A model generated the notes under the pieces. The model was not told the origin of the DNA, made no database searches, and saw only the letters and a list, made by a program, of their open reading frames with translations. The translations under genes were made by a program, and so were the position numbers. From assembly GCF_009914755.1 (NCBI RefSeq), contig NC_060925.1: a DNA stretch of 64,000 nt; one strand, given 5' to 3'. Shown here one piece after another: positions 1-13,680 of this stretch. The first letter of the stretch is position 1, and every line of letters starts with the position of its first letter. Source of the stretch: the human T2T-CHM13v2.0 reference genome, Homo sapiens.

Positions 1-887
1 AATATTTAAATATGCAATTGACTCCAGAGCCAATATGAAGTTTCTCTTCTTTGTCAATTTTTGTCCTACTTTGCCTGCTTTTACTGCAAGTTAACATTCA
101 ACTCTCGGTTCTTTCCAAAGTCAATGAAAGACTTACAGAGAGCATTCAATAAGAATTAAGCTTAAGATGAAAGCCAAAGCAAAAGAGATTTGGCTTTATT
201 GTCTAGAACATAGTTTGCCTGACCCCACCCACCTCAGTTCTTCTCAGGCCTGTGCAGTGAAAGTGGCCCCTTGACCTAGCTCATCTCCATAGCCAAGAGC
301 AAGGAAAATGTGCCAAAATGAGCAAATACCTCTGTGCCTAGAGTTTCTCAAGATAGAGATGAGTGGCCAACGACTAATTCCTATAAAAAGTCCTTAAGTG
401 CATGTCTTTTCTGTAGTTCTTAAGGGTGAAAATTTGACGTATCTCCAGCTTACTAGTAAGTTATCTACTAAGATGTTAAAGGTTTTAAATGCTAATATTC
501 ATAAATTAAAATCAGCATATCACTAGAGTCTCCCAAAGATATGAATTCCATTTTCTACTAAGAAGGCTGATTTCCTCAAAATGTTTGCCTATGTTACACC
601 CTACTGTAGCTCAGTTAATTCATAATTACTGAAATTTACAGATACACAAAGGAAATTTTGTCATCATTGAATTCCTAGCATTGTGTTGGGTTGATCATGG
701 TTTTATTTCTGCCAATCTCATTTTGTAATTATCATTTATTGTTAATTTAACAGCAACATCAATTTAATCTATTGTGGGTTGTTTGGTTTACCATGCAGTA
801 TATAATAATGAATATATGCATTTTTTTCTAAATGGTCTAACACAAAGCTTTGACATGCATACACAACAATTCAAATATGAATTATAC

Positions 888-976
888 ATACTTCACTGAT
901 AACATGGATGTATACACCACAACAGTTTTTTTATACTTCACTGATAACACGGATGTATACACCACAACAATTTTTT
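888..976. repeat. Tandem duplication, 45-bp unit x2
   Basis: ATACTTCACTGATAACAYGGATGTATACACCACAACARTTTTTT starts at 888 and 933 with two substitutions. Confidence 0.95.
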
Positions 977-1069
977 AAATATATGGTGATGATTGGTGTT
1001 GCCCACAAATTTGAGTAGTTCAAAATTTGCCATATAGGGTTCTTTTTCTCTTATGGATGAAGAAGCTCC

Positions 1070-2680
1070 AACTGCACCAAGCCTTCTGCATATAACTATA
1101 TACTTTAGACAATATATGAAGAAACAACTACCTCATGTTACCAGAGAGTGAGCAAAAGAAAAAAGTTCTATAGAGAAGGAAACAGCATAATAAGTATCAC
1201 TTTTAAAATAGATCGACCCTGAGGGCAGGCCACAGTTGGCACCACTACATAGCTAAAACTCTGATAGAAATCCCAAAAGAAAACCTAGCATCTTTCTGTC
1301 CTGAAAAATTAGAGAACAGAGTTCACTGTAACCATAACTGCTGTAAAGTCAGTGGGGGAGGTCTCAAAAAGGAGAAAACAAGTGTGGGAAGCCCCAAATT
1401 CTGTATATAAACTCCATCCAAGTCTGGCTGACTTCTGAATTATGCACACTTGTGGCAAGCTACTAACAGCTAAAATAAGAATAATAGAACTGAACTAAAA
1501 TTTGCATAGATTCCAAAGGGACACATTTTTCAATTTGAACCCAATTAAGTTAACATTCTCTCAGAACAAAAATTTAACACCTTAAGAAGAATATATAGAA
1601 TAGAGTCTGCACAATACAACAGTGAGAATGTCCAAGATATACTCCAAAATTATTCTACATACAAAGAAACAGGAAAATGTGATCTATTCTCAAGATACAA
1701 CATAATCAACAGAGACCAACCCCAAGCTGACCCAGAAGTTGGAATTAGAAAGCAATTATTTTAAAAAGCTATCATAATTTGTGCCCAATCATATAAGGAA
1801 AAATATGCTCATAATAAATAAAAATAGAAAATTAATAAAAACTGTTAAAAAAAAGGAAATCATAGAACTGAAAACACAATATCTGAAATTTAAAAATTTA
1901 CAGTATGGACATAATAGCAGAGTGGAGAATATAGTAGAGTCTGCCAACTTGAAGATAAACAGAAAATATCCAATCTGAAGAAGACAAAAAAGAGAAGCAA
2001 ACAAATCCTAAAAACCTATAGACAAATATCAAATTATCTAACATACATGTAATTAGAGTTGCAAGAGAAGACAACCCACACAGAAAAAGACGTGAGAAAA
2101 TAATGACTGAAATTTCTCCAGATTTCCTGAAAGACATAAATTTACAGATTCAAGAGCTCAATCAACTCAAAGCAGAATAAATATGAAGAAAATCTCACCT
2201 AAGCATATCATAGTTAAACTACTAATAACCAAAGGCAAGACAATCTTGAAAGCAGCTAGAGAAAAAGGACACATAGCATATAAGCAAAAATGATTCAGAT
2301 GTTTGCTAACTTCTCACTAGAAATAATGGAAGCCAGTAGAGAGTGTATCAGTGTCTTTAAAGTGCTGAAAAAAAATAAATGCCAACCCAGAATCCTAACC
2401 TAGCAAGAATATCCTTCAAGAATGAGGGCAGAATAAAGACATTTTTAGATAGAAAACTAAGATAATTTGTCATTTTAAAAGAAATTCTCAAAAAGCTTTT
2501 TAGACTGAGGGCTATCAATAACATGAAAACTCAGATCTTCAGGAAGGAATGAAGATCATTGGAAGTACTAAATGCCTGGGTAAATATCAAAGATTGTTTT
2601 TCCTCTTAATTGTTTTATATGTGAAGACTTAAAGCAGAAATTATACTATCGTCCTTGCAGGTTTATATATGTGAAAAACA
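1070..2680 (+). mobile_element. Ancient L1M (L1MC/L1ME-type) 5' region and ORF1 remnant
   Basis: A-rich plus strand with degenerate ORF1 hallmarks (GACATAAATTTACAGATTCAAGAG, CATATCATAGTTAAACT, ATCTTGAAAGCAGCTAGAGAAAAAGG, CAACCCAGAATCC, ATATCCTTCAAGAATGAGGG). Confidence 0.8.
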
Positions 2681-2713
2681 TAGCATATCGAGTAGCAGTG
2701 GATGAGATGACTC

Positions 2714-2756
2714 TATCAGGTTGGTGAAAAGGTAATTGTGGGTTTTGCCATTAAAA
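2714..2756. mobile_element. Half of a MADE1/Hsmar1 mariner MITE (one TIR)
   Basis: TATCAGGTTGGTGAAAAGGTAATTGTGGGTTTTGCCATTA resembles the Hsmar1 TIR TTAGGTTGGTGCAAAAGTAATTGCGGTTTTTGCCATT. Confidence 0.75.
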
Positions 2757-2784
2757 GCAGCCAGATGGATGCTGAAAAAAGGGA

Positions 2785-3360
2785 TCACTTATTTAACAAA
2801 TATTTATCGAATTGATATATATGCAATGCATTAATATTAGGTGCCTAGTACACAGTGATTAACAAAACAGATTTTGTCTTTTTCATTAAAGCAATAAAAA
2901 AGTAGTAAAAGCTTTTGAGCAGAGGAGTAACATGGTAAGATTTACATTTATGAAAGCTCTCTCTTTAAAGAATAGGTGGAGAAAGATGAGAATATATGCA
3001 GGAAGAAGAAGTATAAGGCTATTGCTATGACTCAGGAAAGAGATAAAGATTGCTTGGATGCAGCTACTAAGAGTGAAATTGGAGACATTGCTCTGAAATT
3101 AATGGATCTGAGAATATTTTGGAAGAAACTGACAGTATATGATGACGAATTGGTTATAAGGGGTGAGGAACAGGGAGTGACTCATGGGTGATACCTAGTT
3201 TTCTTAGGAAAAGAAGGTGAAGCAGTCAGGTGAAGATAGTACCATTTGCTGAGCTAAGCAATACTAGCAAAAGTGGGGACCATGAGTTCATTTGGGAATA
3301 TTTTAAGTTTGGGCTACTCTAATTCCCTGAAAATATCAGGTGCATAGTTTGATGTGTCTA
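2785..3360 (-). mobile_element. L2 fragments
   Basis: ATTTAACAAATATTTAT...AACAAAACAGA 3'-end signature and TTTTGAGCAGAGGAGTAACATGG body motif. Confidence 0.65.
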
Positions 3361-3479
3361 GTCAAACTTATACAGCACTCAAGTGTGTGTTTCAAAATAA
3401 ATATTCAATACATATTGATATGATTTATTAATAAATATTCAATATGTAACTGACTAAATTGAAATCAGAGGAAAGCAAA

Positions 3480-3650
3480 CAACCATGTATTAAGTGTTGA
3501 CTCTGACCGGCATTATGTCCACCACTTTATCTACATCATCTCATTTTCAACTTTAATATTATGACTTCAATTTTACAGAATTAGGAACAGGCTCGGGGAA
3601 ATGAAATAATACAACAAAAAAAAAAACTGTAGACTCAAGACTAAAACTCA
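3480..3650 (-). mobile_element. MIR
   Basis: Degenerate core ATTTTACAGAATTAGGAACAGGCTC. Confidence 0.55.
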
Positions 3651-4814
3651 TGTCTGCCTCTACAAATCCTTCTGAAGTCTTTGTTCTTGCCTCTGTTCCC
3701 TCCCACCACCACATAATACTTATTTTATGGAAAATGAAAAAGCTTCTTCCACTCTATCTTAGAAAATATCTCCCTCTTTTCTTCCCTACATGCATTTCTT
3801 TTCTCCCACTCAAGCAGGGATACTACAGAATGAAATTCAGCAATTTCTCCTCTGCTTCTATTCAAGATTAAGGGAAGGAAGCCTGTAGAAAAATAAAAAA
3901 TAAAAAATGGAAAATGCTCCCAGTGCTCCAAGATTGTGGATATACACTCATTTCATGTGTACTCTTCAAAACTTTCAAGGAAGCTGAAATCTAATTTAAT
4001 CTATTACATGATTGTGCTAAATTACTTAACCACATCAAAGCATCAATGGCCTCACACTCTGGGAAGGGACATTGTAAAATGGTTTTCAAATATATAATGC
4101 AGTCTCTCAGGTGCCTGAGACAGGGACGCCCATCCCTGAATATAAAGCTTCCCTTACACTTCTGAGATCAAAACAACAGAGCCATTATTTGAGAGGCTGG
4201 ATGAAATACCAGAACCATTTCTTATTAGCTTTAGTCATTAAAGAGAATTTAGTAGCCTGGCTATTTATGCCTCTTTTCTTCCTTCTTTAAAAAAAAAAAA
4301 AGGCAATCTTAATGGAATGAAAGGGCAGAAGATTTTAAAGATCAAGATTATGAGTAAATTTCCCACTAATTACACTGTTTTCTGCTTTTAGAAAAGAAAA
4401 ACAAAACCAATTTTCCAATTCCCCCTGCCTCTCATACTAAACATTTTAAGAAAGCAAAGGAAAAAAAAGAAAAAAAAAGATGTTAAGTATATTGTCCTTC
4501 ACTAAGAGTAAAGACAATTGTTACTATACCACTAGTACTACTGTAAATACTAGTGAAAAGTATCCCATGTGAATCTGTTCTCTAGAATGTCAAAGGCATT
4601 TTCCCATAAAAAGAATTTTATGAACAAAAGTTGGATCTCCAGTAAGGCCCACAAAAGCCAAGCCAGTCACGGTGTTGACATAGATCAGTATTGAGGCAAT
4701 ATCTAGAAATCTCAGCAACATCAGAATTACATCTCGACTCCCTCTCTTTCTCCTGTCAACAACTATTTTGAAAGCCATGTAATAGTGAGAATTTAGCTTT
4801 TGTATGAAGAAAAG

Positions 4815-5055
4815 AGAAGGCAGTATAGCTTAGCATACTATGAGCACTAGGACTGGATTACCTAGGTTTGACTCCTGTCACTAAACACTTCCCAGCTCTG
4901 AACATGAGACAAGGCCCTTCCCTTATGTGGGCCTCGGCTCCCACATCCACATAACAGGGATTAAAGTAGGATCCTTAGTGTTGTTGTAAGTAAGTTATTA
5001 CCTTAAAACACAGAGAATAATTCCAGGCACATAGTGAGTACTCAATAAAAGAATG
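4815..5055 (+). mobile_element. MIR
   Basis: GGCAGTATAGC...GGTTTGACTCC...GGCACATAGTGAGTACTCAATAAA. Confidence 0.7.
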
Positions 5056-5060
5056 CTATT

Positions 5061-5361
5061 GTCAGGGCACGATGCCTCATGGTTTTAATCCCAGCACTTT
5101 GGGAGGCCGTGGTGAGCAAATCACTTGAGGCCAAGAGTTTGAGACCAGCCTGGACAATATGATGAAACCCAATCTCTACTAAAAATACAAAAATTAGCCG
5201 GCCATGGTGGTAGTCCATAGTCCTAGCTACTCGGGAAGCTGAGGCACGAGAATCACTTGAATCTAAAAGGCAAGGGTTGTAGTGAGCCAAGATCATGCTA
5301 CCGCACTCCAGCCTGGGTGACAGAGCAAGCACTGTCTCAAAAAAAAAAGAAAGAAAGAAAA
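5061..5361 (+). mobile_element. Alu (old AluS/AluJ)
   Basis: Dimeric Alu with TAAAAATACAAAAATTAGCC linker and A/GAAA tail. Confidence 0.95.
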
Positions 5362-5399
5362 GTCCATTATTATTGGTACTGTCATACATATTTTATCTA

Positions 5400-5570
5400 A
5401 TCTTTGCCATTATCCCTCAATATAAATATATTTATCTTCCATGTCATAGATGAAGAAACTGAAGCCTAGAGAAGTTACGTAATTTTCCAGGGAAACACAG
5501 TCATAAAAGATAAATGTTTAAAGATAGAGCCAGATTTCTGACCCAGTCCTGATACCCAAACTCCAGGTTC
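5400..5570 (-). mobile_element. MIR
   Basis: Core ATAGATGAAGAAACTGAAGCCTAGAGAAGTTACGTAA. Confidence 0.7.
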
Positions 5571-6389
5571 TATCATGTATGGCCATCATGCAATGCCTGT
5601 GAAGATGCAGGGTTCTCAAAAACACATCCTTCCCCTGCCTCCCAATCCCCTTCACTAATTCCTCAGCCACTGACCCCACAGGAAGAAGGAAAGACAGATG
5701 GCAATCAAAACTCTTTCTCCCTTTCCAGGACCCACAGAAGGAGAAGGCTGCCCCAGCTCTGTGCCTAGCAAGGGCCAAGCTTCCATAGATATTTGACCTT
5801 TGTAAATTAGGCATTCAGAAGTCAAAGAATGCCTGTATTTAAAATTTCCATTGTAGATTTCTGGCAAATCCATGAGTGTGAGCTCTTTGAAAATGCCACA
5901 GGCCTGTGGAAATCCTTGTGGGTGTAATTAGCTAGAGAAAGTGAAGGTGACTGACCATTTACAGTCACATCATAATGAAATGAAGTATTACAGAAACCAT
6001 GAAGCCAAAACACTGGGAGGGCTGAGACCCACAAAGTAATCTGGACATAGAGATGTTTTCCAGAAACCAACTGTGAAAGAACTAAGAGGGTGTTCTACTC
6101 ACAGGCTTGACACTGAGCTGGTCCAGTTTCCCTTCACATTCAGAGGCAGAGGCTGGAGAAAAGAGAAGAAAACCCAGATATGAGGAATAAAAGCATTCAA
6201 GGCCTGGAAAACAGATCTCGTGGCAGTGGGTTTCCTTAGGAACAAGATGGGAGAAAAAGGATTTTCCCTGATTTCTGGGATCTTCTCACAGCTCCCAAAC
6301 ACTTCTTAATTATTTTGAAAATGTAGTTTTGATTATGAGGAAGGTCCTTTTAAGGAATTACAGAATCTGAAAACTGTAAGAGGGATTGG

Positions 6390-6580
6390 CCTTTACAGAG
6401 CACTTACCATGTGTCAGGCATTGTGATCCCACTATAAATCTTCCAACAACCCTGTAATTATTGTCCTTGCATTACAGAGGAGGCTCAGAGAGGGTTAAGC
6501 CCCGCCCAGGGTCACAGAGCCAGGATGCAGGACCCTGGCTCCCAGCCTGCCTGACACCACAGGCAGAGGCCTTGCTCACT
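6390..6580 (-). mobile_element. MIR
   Basis: GAGCACTTACCATGTGTCAGGCA...GAGGCTCAGAGAGGGTTAAG...GGTCACAGAG. Confidence 0.75.
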
Positions 6581-6750
6581 CACATTCACTGACTTCCTTT
6601 GAAGTCATTTTGTCCAAGCTTCAGCACCCTGTGCAAGTGCCCTGAACAGCACCCCCAATAGGTGGCTTTTCAGTTTCAGTTTGAATAATTGCTGCAAAAA
6701 GAAGCTTACTACTTCTTTTTATTGCAGTAAAATACACATAAAGATAACCA

Positions 6751-7538
6751 ATTTATTTTTGTATGTGGGTACACAGTAGGTGTATATATTTATGGGTTCC
6801 ATGAGTTGTTTTGATAATAGGCATGCAATACATAATAATCACATCAGGGTAAATGTGGTATCTGTCACCTCAAGCGTTTACCCTTTGTGTTTCAAGCAAT
6901 CCAATTATATACCCTTTTAATCATTTCAAAATGTACAATTAAATTATGTTTGACTATAGTCACTGTGTTGTGCTAGCAAATACTAGGTCTTATTCATTCT
7001 TTCTGGTTTTTTGTACCCACTAACCATCCCCACTTCCCACTCCCCACCATCCCACTACCTTTCCCAGCCTCTGGCAACAGTCCTTCTGTTCTCTATCTCC
7101 ATGAGCTCAATTATTTTAATTTTTAGCTCCCACAAATAAGTGAGAATATGCAATGTTTGTCTTTCTGTGCCTGGCTTATTTCACTTACCATAACGACCTC
7201 CAGTTGCATGCATGTTGTTGCAAATGACAGGATCTCATTCTTTTTTACAGCTGAATAGTACTCCATTTTGTATATGTACCACATTTTCTTTATCCATTTG
7301 TCTGCTGATATGCACTTAGGTTGCTTCCAAATCTTGGGTATTTTGAATAGAGCTGTAATAAACATGAGAGTGAAGACATTTCTTCAATATATTGATTTCC
7401 TTTCTTTTGGGTATATTCCTAGCAGTGAGATTGCTGGATCATATGGTAGCTCTATTTTTAGTTTGTTGAGGAACCTCCAAACTGTTCTTTATAGTGCTTA
7501 TAGTAACTTACATTCCCACCAACTATGTACAAAGGTTC
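6751..7538 (-). mobile_element. L1MA-type (L1MA2/3-like) 3' fragment inserted into the L1MB
   Basis: L1MA 3'UTR TGGGTACACAGTAGGTGTATATATTTATGGG, ORF2 tail peptide 7123-7365, TSD-like AAAG(A/G)TAACCA at 6740-6750 and 7539-7549. Confidence 0.85.
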
Positions 7539-8324
7539 AAAGGTAACCATTTTAAAACAAACAATTCAGTGGCATTTAGTACATTCATAAGTTTGTACAA
7601 CCATTACCACTATTTAGTTGCAGAAAATTATCATCATCCCAAAATGAAACTCCATACTCATTAAGCTGCCACTCCCCATTCTTCATTCCCTCAGCCAATA
7701 ATTTGCTTTCTGTCTTTATGATTTGCTTATTCTAGATGGCTCATATAAATAGAATCATACAATATGTGGCTTTCTTATCTAACTTCTATAACTCAATATA
7801 ATGCTTTCGAGGTTCACCCATGTTGTAGCATGTATCAGTACTTCATTCCTTCTAAGGCTGAATAATAGTCCACTTTATGGATATACCACATTTTTAAACA
7901 CTTGTTTTCAATAATTTTAGGTATGTAACTAGGAGCAGGATTATTGGTTTATATGGGAATTCTATGGTTAACTTACTGAGGAACCACCAAATGTTTTCCA
8001 CCACAGCTGTGCCATTTTACATTCCCATCAGCAATGGATGAAGGTTCCAATTTCTCCACATTCTCACCAACACTTGATATTTTCCATTTTGTTTTGTTTT
8101 TTTAATTATAGCCATCCCAGTGTGTGTGAAGGAGTATCTCATTGTGGTTTTGATTTGCATTTCCCTAATGACTAATGACATCAAGCATCTTTTCATGTGC
8201 TCATGGCCATTGAGATATCTCCTTTGGAGAAATGTGTATTCAAGCCTTTTCCCCATTTTCTTAACTGGGACATTTGCTTTTGTTGTTGAGTTATAATTCT
8301 TTATATATTATGGATATTTGTCCC

Positions 8325-8618
8325 TTTTTTTTTTGAGACAGTGTCTTCCTCTGTCGCCCAGGCTGGAGTGCAGTGGCACAATCTCGGCTCGCTGCAAGCT
8401 CCGCCTCCCGGGCTCACGCCTTTCTCCTGCCTCAGCCTCCTGAGGTAGCTGGGACTACAGGCGCCCGCCACCACGCCCGGCTACTTTTTTGTATTTTTTT
8501 ACTAGAGACGGGGTTTCACCGTGTTAGCCAGGATGGTCTCAATCTCCTGACCTCATGATCCACCACCCTTGGCCTCCCAAAGTGCTGGGATTACACGCCT
8601 GAGCCACCACGCCCAGCT
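8325..8618 (-). mobile_element. AluY
   Basis: Y diagnostics GCAAGCTCCGCC and CCGTGTTAGCCAGGATGG. TSD GATATTTG(T/A)CCC at 8313 and 8619. Confidence 0.95.
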
Positions 8619-9110
8619 GATATTTGACCCTTAACAGGTATACTATTTGGAAATATTTTCCTCCATTCTGTCTTCTCACTGTCTTGATATTGTCCTTTGA
8701 TTCAATAAAGTTTTTAATTTTGACGAAGTCAGATTTATCCATTTTTTCTTGTATGGCTTATACTTTTGGTGTCATGTCTAAGAAATCAGTGCCAAAGCCA
8801 AGGTCAGGGAGTTTACTCCATGTTTTCTTCTAAGAGTTGTATAGTTTCAGCTCCTACATTTAAGTCTTTGATCCATTTTGACTTAATTTTTGTATATAGT
8901 GCTAGGTAAGAATTTAATTTCACTTTTTTTCACATGGATACACAGTTGTCCCAGCACCATTTGTTGAAAAGGCTGTTATTTTCCTATTAAGTATTCATGG
9001 CACCCTTGCTAACAATTAATTGACCATATGCGTATGGGCTTATTCCTAAACTCTTAATTCTGTACCACTGATCTATATGTCTATCCCTATGGTATTACCA
9101 CATTGGTTTT

Positions 9111-9414
<304 letters not shown>

Positions 9415-9569
9415 ACCACACTGATTTTAAAACTGTAGCCCACTACTTTTTAAGGCAAACTACTCAGCCTTCAGATATCCCCACCCCTTGTTAGAAAGTT
9501 ATTTCTTACCCTGATAGTACTAATCACTGATCCTAATTCTGCCCTCTAGAGTCTCATTATCAACAACAA

Positions 9570-9820
9570 CATGATCACTAACGTTTCTAAAGCTCTTATT
9601 GTTTTCCAGGTATGTCCTAGGTGTTTTATATGTATTGTTTATCGCATTGTGTCTTCAAACACTATAGGTACAATTATTACCCTCCGTGAAGAGGTGAAGA
9701 AACTGTGGCATAGAGAGGTTAAATGACCAACCCACTCACAGTTACATAATAAGTGGCAGATCCAGGATGCAAACCCAGGCATTATTTCGGTATTCAGTTC
9801 ACGCTTTTAACCTACAGAGC
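9570..9820 (-). mobile_element. MIR
   Basis: GAAGAAACTGTGGCATAGAGAGGTTAAATGAC...GGATGCAAACCCAGG. Confidence 0.75.
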
Positions 9821-9829
9821 AGTAGAGCC

Positions 9830-10110
9830 AATTCACTGTGTACATTCTGGGTCAAGCACTGTGCTTAGGGCGAGAAGTGCAAAGGTAAATAGGTCACTAA
9901 CCCTGGATCATGGAGTTCACAAATCAGCAGAGGAAAAACATGGTCAATATAAAGTTTGCCTGTGGAGGGTGTTGCAATGCAGGAATACCAATGATAGATG
10001 TTTTCCCTGGGAAACTAGAAGACATCACAGGAAAGGTGAACTTCAGGATAGATCTTGAAGCACAAGCAGAAATTTGCTAGAGCATAAGAGGGAAGAGCAG
10101 TGGAGGCATG
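9830..10110 (-). mobile_element. L2 fragment
   Basis: AAGCACTGTGCTTAGG...CATGGAGTTCACA...GATCTTGAAG. Confidence 0.6.
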
Positions 10111-11239
10111 ACCTATTGTAAACCAATCCCGTAAGATACAAATATGTTTTGACAATATCAGTTAATGACTTTACATATTTTCCTCCAATAATGTCATCTT
10201 GATGAAGTCAGTTTCTTAATCCTGTATACAAAATCCTTTTTAACTCTGAACCTCTCTGATATATATTTGCTTTCATTCCGCCTTTGTATTCCCTGAAAAT
10301 AAGATCGTTTGCCTTTCATATGGTAGTCTAAGCGTCTATTCTGACCAAAAGTACACCAAAGTCTTGAGATGCTTTGGTTTTCTTAAGGAAAATACTTTCT
10401 TTTTAAATTTTGAAGGATCACCACCAGCTCTCAATTTTAATCAGCTCATAATAAATTCCTTGGGGAAAAAGTAGCTTTCTTCTAAATCCTGGATTCCTCC
10501 TGTTCCTAAAATAATGAAAGATATTGTAGGAAAATCATAGGCTAGGTTATAGTATGTCAAATTTGTTCATAATAGCAGCTCACTTGAGAGGCTAAGTGAG
10601 GACCTCTGAGGGATAACACAGGCCTGTGTCCTTTGAAATCTCCCATTTCCCAGAGTCTTGAATTGTGTTTCTCTGGAAGTCCCTCAGCTGCTGGCTCAAT
10701 TCATACGTGAGCTGTACTCTTCTGGGGTAAAGTTGTTAAACAGAGAGAGAGGTACAGAGCCCCTGAGGGACTATCAGCTAAAATGCTAGCCATGACCTGG
10801 TGAGGGGATGGTTCTAGGATAGTGCTTTGCTAAGTAGCCAATCTGTCAAAGATTGCCAAGATGTGGTAAGGCGATTACATCACAATGTAAATCCATGCGT
10901 TGCTTCTTTCATCCAAAAAGTCTTGCTACAAAAAGTATATAAATAGAATCAAGCAGTGTGCTTAATTACAAAGTTGATTTTTAGTTTGGCTCGAGGTCTT
11001 TTTCTTATCGCAGACCAGTAACGGCTTATAAACTGACAGGGTCCAGGGACCACTCTTTGAGGAGCCCAGATCTGGGAGAAAAAGTCTTCTCAAAAAGGGG
11101 ATAGATTTCACTCTCCCTCATCTGCAACTTTGTCACCTAGGGTGCAAACAAAGTGGTGTTTTTCTTCACTCAGGGGACCACCCACAAATCCACAGACTGT
11201 TAGTCCTGCCTTCTTAGCCAATCTAGGGATTTATACAGC

Positions 11240-11460
11240 TCAGGTGCAGCATGGAACCATAGAAAGCACACAGGGTCTGGGGTTATGCAAACCAAGTTTC
11301 AAAGCCAATTTTTTCCACCCTCTAGCTTTGTGACGTTAAACAATATCCTACTTCTAAACTTTAATGTCCTTATCTGTAAGTGGGATAGTAATACCTACCT
11401 AACAAATTTTTTCAATTAAATTTATAAATATGTATCAAGTATTGTGTAAATGTCATGTAT
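11240..11460 (+). mobile_element. MIR
   Basis: CTAGCTTTGTGAC...CCTTATCTGTAAGTGGGATAGTAATACCTACCT. Confidence 0.7.
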
Positions 11461-12219
11461 GGAAGAGAAAATTCAAATTTTTCCTACTCTTACCTCCTTC
11501 TCCCCTTGCTCTTCCTTCTTTCCCTTATTAAGCCCATGAAAACCTTCTATAAGAATAGATCAGTATACTCTGTCCCTGCTCTTATTATTAATGCTTACAT
11601 TGATTGAACTATAAAATATCAGTCCCTCTTACCTAAGACCCAGATCCCTCCTTCAAATAGTTTGATTTCAAGCCCTAGGTGTAACTTAACCTCCCATTCC
11701 CCTTTCTTGCCCAGGGTATCCTAGCTATAGCAAAAGAAACTCTGACTTTTCACATTTTTATATCTCTTTTTCTTTCTCCAACCATTTATTTTCCTTCTTT
11801 CTAATTATTCCAAGTATAGATTATAAGGAACTATAAGAATCAAACTCTACTAATTTCACCAAAACATAGACCCTTGCCTCTCACCACGCTGCCCTATCCC
11901 ACCCTCACCATCCAAACTAATCCAAGTCCATGGTATCACTGCTAATATAAATACTCCCCTCCTTCAACAAAAACTTCAACTCTCTGGACCACTGATGCTT
12001 TCCTGAGCATCAAATAACTCTACATTGACCTAGAACACTGAGAAGGATCATTTTTCAATAGAGTCTTGACGTCATACATACATGCTCATATTAGCATTCC
12101 CAAAATGAGTTTTTCATCCATTTCCCACAGTTCCTGAACCTTTTCCATTATAAATCTTTCCATTGATAAAGGAATTTACTCAAAGATCAAATATCTATGC
12201 CTGTAAAGAAGTAAGTAGA

Positions 12220-12510
12220 GGCCACGTGCAGTGGCATGCACCTGTAATCCCAGCACTTCAGGAGGCCAAGATGGGCAGATTATTTGAGCTCAGGAGTTCT
12301 AAACCAGCCTGGGGAACATGGCGAAACTATCTCTACAAAAGATACAAAAATTAGCCAGATGTGGTAGTGTGCACCTGTAGTCCCAGCTACTCAGGAGGCT
12401 GAGGTGGGAGAACTGCTTAAGCCTGGAAAGTCGAGCTGTAGTGAGCCATGACTGCACCACTGCACTCCAGCCTAGGCAATAGAATGGAGACCCTGTTTCA
12501 AAAAAAAAAA
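12220..12510 (+). mobile_element. AluJ
   Basis: Full dimer with J-type GAGGTGGGAG and GAGACCCTG, plus A tail. Confidence 0.95.
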
Positions 12511-12519
12511 GTAGTAAAT

Positions 12520-12690
12520 AGAGAACTACATTTATTGCTAGGCATTTAATACAGACTGTCTCACTTTATCCCCCAGAACAACACAATAGGGTAAGCATTA
12601 TTAGCCCCATTTTACATATGAGAAACTAAGACTTACAGAGTTTAGAAGTGGCAAAATTAATATTTAAACTCAGGACAGCCTAGTCTCCAG
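12520..12690 (-). mobile_element. MIR
   Basis: CCCCATTTTACATATGAGAAACTAAGACT. Confidence 0.65.
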
Positions 12691-13439
12691 CAGGAATCCC
12701 TTTGATAGCTTCCTTTAAAAGGGAACATTTAGTTTATGTTTAACTACATCCTGGGACTGAAAGCTCCACATTTGACCCAACCCATCATGGAACTTCTCTG
12801 ATTCTTTGAAAGCGTTGGCGTCTAACAATGAAGGCATTCTGGAAATAAAACTGGCTGCTTCAGGGGAGTGGTGGTCTCCCCATCCCAGCACCGCCTCAGC
12901 TGCCCAAAGGCCTTTGGTTTGTTTCAAATGCAGATTCTCAGTCCCTATTTAGCTAACCCATTCTCATGTGCGACACACCAAAGGTGATAATCCAGGACCA
13001 ATCTGAATTCTTAAATCACTCTCTAAAAGCAAGAAGGACAAAACCAGTAAGAAAAGCCGTATTTACTTTGCCACTCTTCCCAGAGGCAAGGGCATTGCAA
13101 GCAATGGAGAGTAAGAGGAAAATTAAACTATAAAGAATTATTTGACAGTGTTTCTTTAATCGTGGTCTACATCTGCTGATCCAGCCAAAAGCAAGGGGGC
13201 AGAGGTGATCTTTGCTATGCCACAGTGAATAATGCAATCATATTTTTGATACCAAACTACATTTAACTGCCATATAAATCCTGCCTGCCTCAATACCACA
13301 CCTCATTATCTCACAGGAAATGTATGGCTTCTTGAAATTCAAATGTGGTCAGATCTGTGCCTCCAAAGCTGAGATACAGACACAAAGTGGAGAGTCATAT
13401 GTTTGCTTCACCAGCCAGTACAGCTTCCTAAGTGCACAT

Positions 13440-13680
13440 AACAAGCCTTGCCCAGCTATCCTTGGCACTAACTTGTTGTGGACATCGGGCAAAGCACTCT
13501 ACCTCTCTGAGATTCCGTTTTCTACTTCAAAGTGGGAGCTGGGATATCGTTATTCCCATTTTGCAAATGAGGAAAGTCAGAGAAGTTTGCAAATTGCTCA
13601 AGGTCACAGTCAAATATCTAGTCAAAGGGAATATTGACATCAAACCCAAGTCTGTCTTGACTCACAAGCATGCTTTTCCA
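13440..13680. mobile_element. Two adjacent MIR fragments in opposite orientation
   Basis: Plus core GGGCAAAGCACTCTACCTCTCTGAG, then minus core CCCATTTTGCAAATGAGGAAAGTCAGAG. Confidence 0.6.

Noticed and set aside
888-976. Repeat pair as a possible CRISPR-like array
   Set aside because: Only two adjacent copies with no spacers, in primate DNA with no cas genes.
4530-4555. 8-bp inverted repeat CACTAGTA/TACTAGTG
   Set aside because: Too short to exceed chance in 64 kb, and not a miRNA-length hairpin.
12067-12074. Full CRE palindrome TGACGTCA (also at 56128-56135)
   Set aside because: Isolated 8-mers with no promoter context. The second lies in MIR-like sequence.
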